From Candidatus Hecatellales archaeon B24 (GTDB lineage Archaea; Thermoproteota; Bathyarchaeia; Hecatellales; Hecatellaceae), in the NCBI GenBank assembly GCA_001593855.1, contig LUCC01000001.1, positions 1-43,663 of the forward strand: a stretch of DNA of 43,663 nt, in the 5' to 3' direction. The notes under the pieces were generated by a model. It did not search any database, was not told where the DNA came from, and saw only the letters and a program-made list of their open reading frames with translations. The first letter of the stretch is position 1, and each line of letters begins with the position of its first letter. Positions 1-6,774 of the stretch are shown here, one piece after another. A program made the translations under genes and the position numbers.

Positions 1-13
1 AAGCTTATCTCTT

Positions 14-532
14 CTAGGAGCCTTCCCCAGCCTTAACCCTACGGAGGATAACTCCCCTCCTGTCTATTTCTCCAGTTCTAATTCTGGCAGCTGAGATGGG
101 CTTGCCGTTTTCGGCTAGAACCTTCTCGAAGGAAACTATTTCCACCGGCTTTAAACCCCTACGCTTTCTCTCTTCGTTTATCATAGAAGCTCTGGAAAGG
201 TTTTCATGGCTTACGAGGACGGCGTCCATTTCAGGGTCTTCGACGGCGGTTCCAAGCCTGCTGCTTATGGAGACTATTTCAGCTCTACCCGCTAGGCCTT
301 CCCTTTTAAGGAAAACCTCAAGTCTCCTCCTACGCTCTTGGTACGGCGTGATTTCCCTCCTCTTAATTTCGGAGGCAAGCCCGTCAGTTGAAAGCCCTAA
401 AACCACTTTTTCTGCCAGCTGGAAGGCCAGCCTTAAAACGTATTCATGTCCCCTGTGCAGAAGGTCGAAGGTTCCGCCTAGGCCAAGTCTTTTGAAGCGT
501 TTACCCTGCCAGCCTGCTTCTTCCCTTTTCAA
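14..532 (-). CDS. Phosphopantetheine adenylyltransferase, archaeal type (cytidylyltransferase-family nucleotidyltransferase)
   Basis: 172-aa ORF. N-terminal GGTFDLLHRGH matches the (T/H)xGH nucleotidyltransferase signature, and size and layout fit archaeal PPAT. TTG start, so the 5' end is uncertain. Confidence 0.65.
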   Translation of the reverse strand: MKREEAGWQGKRFKRLGLGGTFDLLHRGHEYVLRLAFQLAEKVVLGLSTDGLASEIKRREITPYQERRRRLEVFLKREGLAGRAEIVSISSRLGTAVEDPEMDAVLVSHENLSRASMINEERKRRGLKPVEIVSFEKVLAENGKPISAARIRTGEIDRRGVILRRVKAGEGS

Positions 533-561
533 GGTTAACCTAAAAGCTTCTTGCAGGGCTG

Positions 562-1218
562 TTAAAGGTTTAGGTTGGAGGGGGTTGAGCTGGACTCGTC
601 GGCCTCCACTGGAAGGCTGGGAAACTTTTCCTTGGTTTTCTGCTCAGCTAGGAGGCTGGCGGCCTTCAGTATTTCCGCGGCTTCCCCGCTTAAAGGTTGA
701 AGGTTCTGCTCGTCTAGGGGGGAGGCTGTCCCGAACTCTGTGAGGAGGCTGCCCAGGGATCTGTCAACTTCTCCAAGCTGGTAGGATACGTCTGGGAGGA
801 CTTTTTCAAGCCGTCCCTTCAAGGATTTCAGCAGTTTTGACACGGGAGCCATGGCTGCTGCTGTGTCACCGAACTCCCGGATGGTTTCAAGGCGTAGGGC
901 TGCCTGCTCTAGGGCTAACTGGCTTCCCAGAATTATTCTAACCATCTTCCTGATTTCCGAGCATTCGTTAGCGTAAATTTTAGCTCTGCTCTCATCTCCA
1001 GTTGAGTAGGCGCCCATACATTTTTCTAGGTACTCTTTATCTCTATGCTCAAGTTTGCTGAGGAACTCGCTCAGCCTATCCCTTATGGAGTTAAGCTTGT
1101 AAATGGACTCTTCAACCCTGTGTTTCAGCGGAGGTTTCCTTGCGAAAACACCTGAAATCTTTTCTCCTAGACGGCTGGTTAGAGGCTCCTCTCTATCCCA
1201 GCCTTTAATCTTCTTCAA
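562..1218 (-). CDS. ESCRT-III / Snf7-family protein (CdvB-like)
   Basis: 218-aa all-helical protein. The heptad-rich core (KLNSIRDRLSEFLSKLEHRDKEYLEKC...AKIYANECSEIRKM...LEQAALRLETI) has Snf7/Vps24-like spacing, followed by an acidic Pro-containing tail. Recognised by eye only. TTG start. Confidence 0.5.
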   Translation of the reverse strand: MKKIKGWDREEPLTSRLGEKISGVFARKPPLKHRVEESIYKLNSIRDRLSEFLSKLEHRDKEYLEKCMGAYSTGDESRAKIYANECSEIRKMVRIILGSQLALEQAALRLETIREFGDTAAAMAPVSKLLKSLKGRLEKVLPDVSYQLGEVDRSLGSLLTEFGTASPLDEQNLQPLSGEAAEILKAASLLAEQKTKEKFPSLPVEADESSSTPSNLNL

Positions 1219-1363
1219 CTCAACCCCCCAAAACTTAGACGGAGCCCAAATAAAATAAGGGTTGAACCCCCTTCGGAGGCCGGAAGCCTCCTAGAAAAAG
1301 GTTGAAAAGTCCGCCTTATCGCTGTAAAGGATGAAAGGAAAAGCCTCTGCAACCGTCAACATG

Positions 1364-2041
1364 TCAAAGTTTATGATAAGCTTTCCCCGAAGGGCAGAGT
1401 CTTCTAACCGGGCATTCATGGCATTTAGGGTTTCGCGCTGAACAGTATTTTTTGCCGAGGTTTAAAAGGAGAAGGTGGGCTTCAGCTCTGCCTCCTTCCG
1501 GTATAAGCCGCTCATAAGCAGCCCTCACCTCATCGTAATCTTTGGAATCTGAAACCTCAAGCCTCCTAGCTAAGGTGAAGAGGTGGGTGTCAATGGGGAT
1601 AACGGGAGCCTCTGCTGAGAAGGCTAAAACCACGTCAGCCGTCTTGAAGCCGACTCCTGGAAGACCTAGGAGAAGCCTCCGCGCCTCTTCCACAGGTTTC
1701 TTTAAAACCTTTGAAAGGCTTCCGTTAAACTCTTCAACGATTTTCTTGGAAACCTGCTTAAGCCTTGCCGCTTTAACCTTGGCAAGTCCGGCGCATCGAA
1801 TATGCTTGGCGATTTCCCCTTCACCCATTCCGGCAAGAACCCTAGAGCTCAGCCTGCCCACCGCCTCCTCCAGCCTCTCGAAAGCTCTTTCGCTGTTAAC
1901 GTCGGAGGTATGCTGGCTTAGGATGGCGGCCACCAAAAGCTCAAATGGGTCTTCAAGCCTATGCCTCATAGGGCCGAACCTTTCCCTCAGCTTCTCCAAG
2001 ATCTCCGCCATCCGTCTCCTCCGTGCAGCCAAATCCTTCAT
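1364..2041 (-). CDS. nth: Endonuclease III (HhH-GPD DNA glycosylase/AP lyase)
   Basis: 225 aa. Helix-hairpin-helix LGLPGVGFKTADVVL, catalytic-Asp region IPIDTHL, and a C-terminal 4Fe-4S motif CSARNPKCHECPVRRLC (C-x6-C-x2-C-x5-C). Confidence 0.85.
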   Translation of the reverse strand: MKDLAARRRRMAEILEKLRERFGPMRHRLEDPFELLVAAILSQHTSDVNSERAFERLEEAVGRLSSRVLAGMGEGEIAKHIRCAGLAKVKAARLKQVSKKIVEEFNGSLSKVLKKPVEEARRLLLGLPGVGFKTADVVLAFSAEAPVIPIDTHLFTLARRLEVSDSKDYDEVRAAYERLIPEGGRAEAHLLLLNLGKKYCSARNPKCHECPVRRLCPSGKAYHKL

Positions 2042-2086
2042 CGCAAGGCCTTCCCCCTTTCAACTTTAATAAGCCATTACTGCTTA

Positions 2087-2437
2087 ATGCCTTTCGGAAT
2101 GGAGCCTAAAATACGAAGGGAAACCTTAAGCAGGCAGGGAAGAACCTTCACCGTTTACCTCTTAGAATTAGAAAACGCCGTCGTCAGCTTTTTCTTCGAA
2201 GAGGAAAAGTTTAGGCTTGGAACCTTGGCTCTAGCTCTTCCAAGAACCCTCCAGCCTCCAGGCCTTGGAAGCTCAAGCATTCTCCTAGGCCATAAAAACA
2301 TTAACATAGCAAGAATTCTCGCTGAATACCTGTCTTCAAGGTATGGTAAGCTCTCTTTAGCCTCCGTTTTCCTCCAAAAGGAAGCAGATTTTGAGGGAGC
2401 GAGAAACCTTCTGGAATTGGCTAAAACCTTGAAATAA
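2087..2437 (+). CDS. Hypothetical small protein
   Basis: The track ORF 1961..2437 overlaps the nth start, so I trimmed it to the first ATG (2087) downstream of nth. Its composition looks more protein-like than the antisense ORF 2155..2472. No family recognised. Confidence 0.4.
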   Translation: MPFGMEPKIRRETLSRQGRTFTVYLLELENAVVSFFFEEEKFRLGTLALALPRTLQPPGLGSSSILLGHKNINIARILAEYLSSRYGKLSLASVFLQKEADFEGARNLLELAKTLK

Positions 2438-2458
2438 GACTTTAAAACGTTTATTTTT

Positions 2459-3022
2459 ATGGGGTTAACCATCCAATTTTTTGGAATCCGAAAAGAGGGC
2501 CCTCCGATAGCAAAGTTTAAAGAATACGGAACTGTATCCCTATTGGGAGCTTCTTTGGATGAAAGCCTGAAAAGCCTTAAAGACGTTCAAAACTGGATTA
2601 AAACCGTTTATAATGACCCGATAGCAAAAATACTAATAGAAAACAGCAATTTAACAGAAATACAGCTTGAAACGCTCTTAATTGACGTTTTATCCGATTA
2701 TTTTACAGATAAAGAGATAAAAATCGAGGAAAAAGCTAAATTACGCATTAAAGGGGAAATTAGCAAAGGAGCGTTCAACAGAATTTTAAAACAGGCGAAA
2801 AGAAACATAATACACTCAATTTACACCCTAATCCTACTTCAATACCTTGGATTAATAAGCCTGACAACCCTCAGAAAATACCTAGAAATCCCGGAAAAAA
2901 TAAAAGAATACATGGAAGCCTTAAAAACTGCAAAAGAAAAAGAAGAGGCTGAATTTCTAAGAGAAGAGCTGAAAAAACTCCTAACAACCCTTGCAGACCA
3001 CAAAAACATTAAAAAAGAATAG
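2459..3022 (+). CDS. Hypothetical protein encoded by a low-GC segment; possible sigma-region-4/Tfx-like HTH
   Basis: 187-aa K/E/I/L-rich ORF with no competing frame. The segment LRIKGEISKGAFNRILKQAKRNI weakly resembles a sigma-r4/Tfx-type recognition helix. The DNA is clearly more AT-rich than neighbouring genes. Confidence 0.5.
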   Translation: MGLTIQFFGIRKEGPPIAKFKEYGTVSLLGASLDESLKSLKDVQNWIKTVYNDPIAKILIENSNLTEIQLETLLIDVLSDYFTDKEIKIEEKAKLRIKGEISKGAFNRILKQAKRNIIHSIYTLILLQYLGLISLTTLRKYLEIPEKIKEYMEALKTAKEKEEAEFLREELKKLLTTLADHKNIKKE

Positions 3023-3352
3023 TGTGACGTCACATGAACTGTGATATCACGTAATACGCTGTGACCTGTAACGTGATATCACCATTAAAGCCCATTAGAA
3101 CTAAAAACAAGCTTAAAAAGCCTTATTTAGCCAGAAAAGAAAGCTTTAGAAAAATATCACCTTATGATATAGCAGCTGTGATATCACAACATTTAAATTG
3201 TTAAAAAGGATAAAATAAGATTTAGAGGCGGATTAAAAGCTTGTTTCGGGGTTTAATTGCATGTGAGGTGTGACGTCACGTGATTTCTGTGAGGTGCACC
3301 GTGATGTCTCATGTGATTCTTTTGGGAGGGTGACATCATGCTTGATATCACA
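3023..3352. repeat. Array of GTGAYRTCAC palindromes in three clusters separated by AT-rich spacers
   Basis: Perfect 10-bp palindromes: GTGACGTCAC at 3024 and 3270, GTGATATCAC at 3041, 3073 and 3178. The copies at 3023 and 3177 extend to the 12-bp form TGTGAYRTCACA. Degenerate copies start at 3301, 3330 and 3343, with half sites at 3061, 3154, 3263, 3289 and 3313. Confidence 0.9.
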
Positions 3353-4057
3353 TTAGCGTCAATAGTTTTATCCTTGACAAGTCTGGCAGCGGTAGCCTAC
3401 CTGTATATTGCCTACAAGGGACGCCAGACCCTCGACCTAAAAGGGTTTAACGACCTTTTTCAGGCTTCAACCATGCATTTCATAAGCCGACTGCGCGGGG
3501 TTGAGAGCCGCGTGGAGGAGGCCGTGAAGAAAGCAGAGGCAGTGGCGTCAAAAATTGACTTCCTCGACCGCAATTTAGAGGAACGCGATTTCTCGCTTAG
3601 CACCTTGGCAGGCAGCCTTAAAACTTTGATGGAGGCGCAGGTTAAGTTTTCAAGGGCACTACGGGATTTTCAGGGAAAGCTTCTGCAGGTGGATGGGCGG
3701 CTTAACTCTGTTGAGGCAGCTGTTAAAGGTTTAAAGAAGCCTTCACCGCGTACGCCAACTAGGCCGGTGTTTCCCAAGCCTCCCAGCCCCGTCCAAGGGG
3801 AAGTCTCCTTTACAAATTTAAATCCCACCGAGATGGAAGTTTTACGCTTGCTTTACGTCAGCGGGCCTAAGACTGCCTCCGAGGTCAGAGAAGTCATCGG
3901 CCGTAGCCGGGAACATACGGCCAGGCTTATGAAGAAGCTTTACTTGGAAGGTTATGTTGAACGGGACACGGAGGCAATTCCCTTCACCTATAAACTGAGC
4001 GAGAAAATAAAGAAAAGCTTTGAGTTTTCCGTTAAGAGCCGGAGGGAAGCCGAGTAG
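3338..4057 (+). CDS. Membrane-anchored coiled-coil protein with C-terminal MarR/TrmB-like winged helix
   Basis: 239 aa. N-terminal hydrophobic helix ITLASIVLSLTSLAAVAYLYIAY, a heptad-rich middle, a Pro-rich linker (PSPRTPTRPVFPKPPSP), and a C-terminal wHTH-like segment NPTEMEVLRLLYVSGPKTASEVREVIGRSREHTARLMKKLYLEGYVER. GGGAGGGTGA Shine-Dalgarno-like sequence lies before the ATG. Confidence 0.65.
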   Translation: MLDITLASIVLSLTSLAAVAYLYIAYKGRQTLDLKGFNDLFQASTMHFISRLRGVESRVEEAVKKAEAVASKIDFLDRNLEERDFSLSTLAGSLKTLMEAQVKFSRALRDFQGKLLQVDGRLNSVEAAVKGLKKPSPRTPTRPVFPKPPSPVQGEVSFTNLNPTEMEVLRLLYVSGPKTASEVREVIGRSREHTARLMKKLYLEGYVERDTEAIPFTYKLSEKIKKSFEFSVKSRREAE

Positions 4058-4059
4058 CT

Positions 4060-4482
4060 TCAGCGGCCTTCAATCACTGCCTCCACGTTAAGCTTATACT
4101 TTAACATGTTAGAGGGCCCTCTCCTTACGAGAAGCCCTTTATCACAGTATCGGCCTAGATAGGTTGACACCGTGCTGAGGCTTATGGGCTCCTTGAATTT
4201 CTCTTCGTAGGCCAGTTGAACATCTGAGGATGAAAACCATGTTAAGGGGAATTTTTCCCTTATAAGCTCAATTATTTTTTTGAATTTTGGTTTGGGAGGC
4301 TGGTAGATTTCTCCAGCGGCTTTGAAGGCCTCAGCTTTTTCAGGTCCTGACATCATTTCCACAAGGTCGATAAACTGGATTACTTTGTCTCGGCTGATTG
4401 GATGAGTAATTGAAAATGTGTAGTGGTTACCTCTGTCGTCTTCTATTTCGACTTTAACCTTTCGGACAACCAATTCGGACAA
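4060..4482 (-). CDS. Small hypothetical protein with probable C-terminal winged helix
   Basis: 140 aa. The C-terminal segment LSTVSTYLGRYCDKGLLVRRGPSNMLKYKL looks like a wHTH recognition helix plus wing. TTG start with an in-frame stop immediately upstream. Transcribed divergently from orc1 across the origin. Confidence 0.5.
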   Translation of the reverse strand: MSELVVRKVKVEIEDDRGNHYTFSITHPISRDKVIQFIDLVEMMSGPEKAEAFKAAGEIYQPPKPKFKKIIELIREKFPLTWFSSSDVQLAYEEKFKEPISLSTVSTYLGRYCDKGLLVRRGPSNMLKYKLNVEAVIEGR

Positions 4483-4647
4483 CCATCATTTCAATCTTCA
4501 CTATACTATAAAGGATTTGTGAATGTGAAGCAATAAATAATAAACACGGCTTTATAAGTGAAATAGGCTATAAATATTACTCTTAGAGTTTTACAGCTTC
4601 ACATAAACTGTCGGGGCAAACTCCTTGATTTTCCTGCTTTCTGAGAG

Positions 4648-4670
4648 TTTCCAGTGGAAATGAAGGGGTT
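4648..4670 (+). promoter_or_regulatory. Origin recognition box ORB1
   Basis: TTTCCAGTGGAAATGAAGGGGTT: a CCAGTGGAAA dyad core followed by a G-string, as in Pyrococcus and Sulfolobus ORB elements. Confidence 0.7.
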
Positions 4671-4722
4671 AAAAGGGCTTTAATCTGTGAAGTAAAATAT
4701 TTCATTGAAATTATGCAGTGGA

Positions 4723-4749
4723 GGCCCCACCCCTCTGTTTCTACTGGAG
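4723..4749 (-). promoter_or_regulatory. Origin recognition box ORB2 (inverted relative to ORB1)
   Basis: The minus strand reads CTCCAGTAGAAACAGAGGGGTGGGGCC: a CCAnnAGAAAC core plus G-string, convergent with ORB1. Confidence 0.65.
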
Positions 4750-4872
4750 AAGAAAGCCTCCACAAACCGATTGCACAAATGATTTAGAATGATATATTTC
4801 AACTACAAGATTTTTGTCTGGCTTCCTTATAAGTCAAACTCTAAACTAGGGATGGGAGGCCTCTAGCCCCTC

Positions 4873-4890
4873 TAAAAAATAAAAGAAATT
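4873..4890 (+). promoter_or_regulatory. Candidate TATA/BRE-like A-rich box of the orc1/cdc6 promoter
   Basis: TAAAAAATAAAAGAAATT lies about 50-65 nt upstream of the GTG start at 4938. Based on position and composition only. Confidence 0.3.
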
Positions 4891-4903
4891 TAGTGGAGCC
4901 CTC

Positions 4904-4930
4904 TTTACACTGGAAACATTGGGGTCCCCC
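4904..4930 (+). promoter_or_regulatory. Origin recognition box ORB3
   Basis: TTTACACTGGAAACATTGGGGTCCCCC: an ACTGGAAAC core plus GGGGT G-string, ending 7 nt before the orc1 start codon. Confidence 0.6.
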
Positions 4931-4937
4931 TTCCTAG

Positions 4938-6155
4938 GTGCGAAAAAGATTGGTGGACAGGCTTGAAAGTCTCTTCGAAAGATATGTAAGCGAATCCTAT
5001 ATTTTCACTAACCGTGACGTTTTAAGCCATGATTTCATTCCAAGCCAGCTTCCTCACCGTGAAGGAGAAATTCTAAGGCTCGGATCTATTCTAGCTCCAT
5101 CTCTCAGAAAAATGAAATGTTCCAATGTTTTTATTTACGGTAAAACGGGAACAGGCAAAACGGCTGTTTCAAAATATGTTTTGTCAAGGCTCTCAAAAAA
5201 GAGTGAGGAAATTGGAGGCAATGTTAAAGTCTGTTACGTTAACTGCAGAGTTGCTGGAACCGAGTATAGAATCGCTGCCTCCATATGCTCTTTTCTGGGC
5301 GTTAACATCCCCTTCACAGGACTGTCAACAGCTGAAGTTTTGAACAGGTTCACCGTCAGAATTAGAGAAGTTAAAGCCCACCTCATCACCGTTTTAGACG
5401 AAATTGACGTGCTGGTTAAAGGGTATGGGGACAGACTTCTCTACGAGCTTACAAGAATAAACGAAAATCTTGGAGCAGGAAGAGTTTCCCTGATAGGAAT
5501 ATCCAACGACCTTTACTTCAAAGAACTTTTAGACCCAAGAGTTCTAAGCAGCCTAAGCGAGGAAGAAGTGGTTTTCAAACCTTACACTGCCAGCCAGCTT
5601 AAGGACATCCTGCTTCAAAGAGCGAAGCTTGCCTTCAAGCCTGGAGCCCTCACGGATTCAGCCTTAAACCTCTGCGCGGCTCTAGCTGCCTCCGAACATG
5701 GCGACGCTAGGAGAGCCCTAGACCTGCTAAGGATTGCCGGAGAGCTTGCGGAGAGAGATAACGCTGAAAAAGTTGAAGACCGCCACATAAAGGAGGCGCA
5801 GAAAAGAATAGAGCACGACCGAGTTTTCGAGGCTCTTTCATCACTTCCCCTCCACTCAAAAATAATTCTACACGTACTTTACTCCGCGGATAAGGCTGGA
5901 AAGAAAGGGGTGACCACAGGGGAACTCTACGACAAGTATCTCTCAACTTGCAGCCAGCTTGGAGTTGAAAACTTGACCTCCCGGCGTGTGGGTGGACTGC
6001 TTAACGAGCTTGACATGCTTGGAGTTGTAAACGCGCAAATAGTCAACCTCGGCAGGTATGGCAGAACCAAGCAGATTAAAATAAAGGTTCCCGCGAAAAT
6101 TCTTGAGAAGGCCTTCAAGGAAGACCTTTACCTTGGAAGCCTCTTTAACAGTTAA
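4938..6155 (+). CDS. cdc6: Orc1/Cdc6 replication initiator (AAA+ ATPase with C-terminal winged helix)
   Basis: 405 aa. Walker A GKTGTGKT, Walker B VLDEID, sensor region, and the DARRALDLL motif typical of Orc1/Cdc6, with a C-terminal wH (RRVGGLLNELDMLGVV). GTG start. Confidence 0.95.
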   Translation: MRKRLVDRLESLFERYVSESYIFTNRDVLSHDFIPSQLPHREGEILRLGSILAPSLRKMKCSNVFIYGKTGTGKTAVSKYVLSRLSKKSEEIGGNVKVCYVNCRVAGTEYRIAASICSFLGVNIPFTGLSTAEVLNRFTVRIREVKAHLITVLDEIDVLVKGYGDRLLYELTRINENLGAGRVSLIGISNDLYFKELLDPRVLSSLSEEEVVFKPYTASQLKDILLQRAKLAFKPGALTDSALNLCAALAASEHGDARRALDLLRIAGELAERDNAEKVEDRHIKEAQKRIEHDRVFEALSSLPLHSKIILHVLYSADKAGKKGVTTGELYDKYLSTCSQLGVENLTSRRVGGLLNELDMLGVVNAQIVNLGRYGRTKQIKIKVPAKILEKAFKEDLYLGSLFNS

Positions 6156-6774
6156 ACGCTCTGCCTCCTGCACGAAATAATTCTTTTCGGCGTTACGATG
6201 AGGTCCACCCGGCTGTCCCAGGCTTCAACAGGAACCCGGTCCACCAGTTGAAGCTCATGAACGGTTGTAACCACAAGGGCCTGCGGGGAGAGCCCCCTTA
6301 AAAGGCTGATTTCCCGATCCCCGTAGCCCCCTCCTTTTCCAAGCCGAAACCCCCTAAAATCAACAGCGACACATCCAGTGATTACCAGGTTAACCTTACG
6401 GAGGGCTTCTTGGGCTGCAGGAACGCCAAGCTGGAAGGCGCCCCTAATGGTTGAGGCATACCCCTCACGGCCTCGAACGCTTTCAGAGCTCAGTTGGAGG
6501 AAGCCTGCCTTAAGCCTTGGACTCGCCATTATAAGAGTTTTACCGTCGACCAACGCCAGCTGACGCAGGGGCTTCTGCGCCCGATCCGGGTTTGAGAAAA
6601 CAACAGCCGCTTTTTCCACACGTTCAGCCTCCTAACCCTTTCAGCCGCCTTCTCGGCGCCTTCAAAGTTTGGAATCCTCCCCCGGATAGGCAGAGGAAAC
6701 CGGGCTGCTCCCGCCTCTTCAAGCCGCCTCCAAACGGCTTCTCTAAGTTGCTGCTTTTCAAGTCTAGGGTTCAA
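6152..6774 (-). pseudogene. 5-formyltetrahydrofolate cyclo-ligase family (MTHFS-like) gene interrupted by a frameshift
   Basis: Two overlapping ORFs in different frames (6529..6774 and 6152..6619) together give one MTHFS-like protein (GRIPNFEGAEKAA ... GFRLGKGGGYGD ... VDLIVTP). The frames switch at the A5 run (T5 on the plus strand, 6611-6615). Confidence 0.7.

Larger units (their letters stand above)
4483..4937. other. Chromosomal replication origin (oriC) adjacent to orc1/cdc6
   Basis: AT-rich 455-bp gap between divergent genes. It contains three ORB-like elements, two of them inverted 52 bp apart, plus AT-rich stretches at about 4501-4600 and 4770-4850, directly upstream of orc1/cdc6. 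Confidence 0.75.

Noticed and set aside
1-6. AAGCTT at the very start as proof of a HindIII cloning boundary
   Set aside because: AAGCTT is very frequent throughout the window, and the other end does not finish in a HindIII site. The inference is weak, so it is mentioned only in passing.
3024-3033. TGACGTCA core equals the eukaryotic cAMP response element (CRE), and GATATC and GACGTC are EcoRV and AatII sites
   Set aside because: bZIP-type CRE recognition has no known archaeal counterpart. A restriction-site explanation does not account for the conserved GTGA/TCAC flanks or the clustering. I kept the array as a finding without these interpretations.
2440-4482. Integrated plasmid, virus or mobile-element explanation for the low-GC ORF and the wHTH genes
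   Set aside because: I could find no integrase, transposase, tRNA target or flanking direct repeats. Only the 2459-3337 part is clearly AT-rich. The idea is kept only as one speculative alternative in the module finding.
4461-4485. Direct repeat TTCGGACAACCA x2 (4461-4472 and 4474-4485) spanning the TTG start of ORF 4060..4482
   Set aside because: There are only two copies, with a 13-nt period, and no obvious function. It may be a small duplication that created or moved the start codon. That is not enough for a finding.
4583-4765. 60-aa ORF on the minus strand inside the orc1-upstream gap
   Set aside because: It spans ORB1 and ORB2 and AT-rich origin DNA. It has an odd composition and no ribosome-binding context. 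The ORB motifs explain the sequence better than a coding function does.
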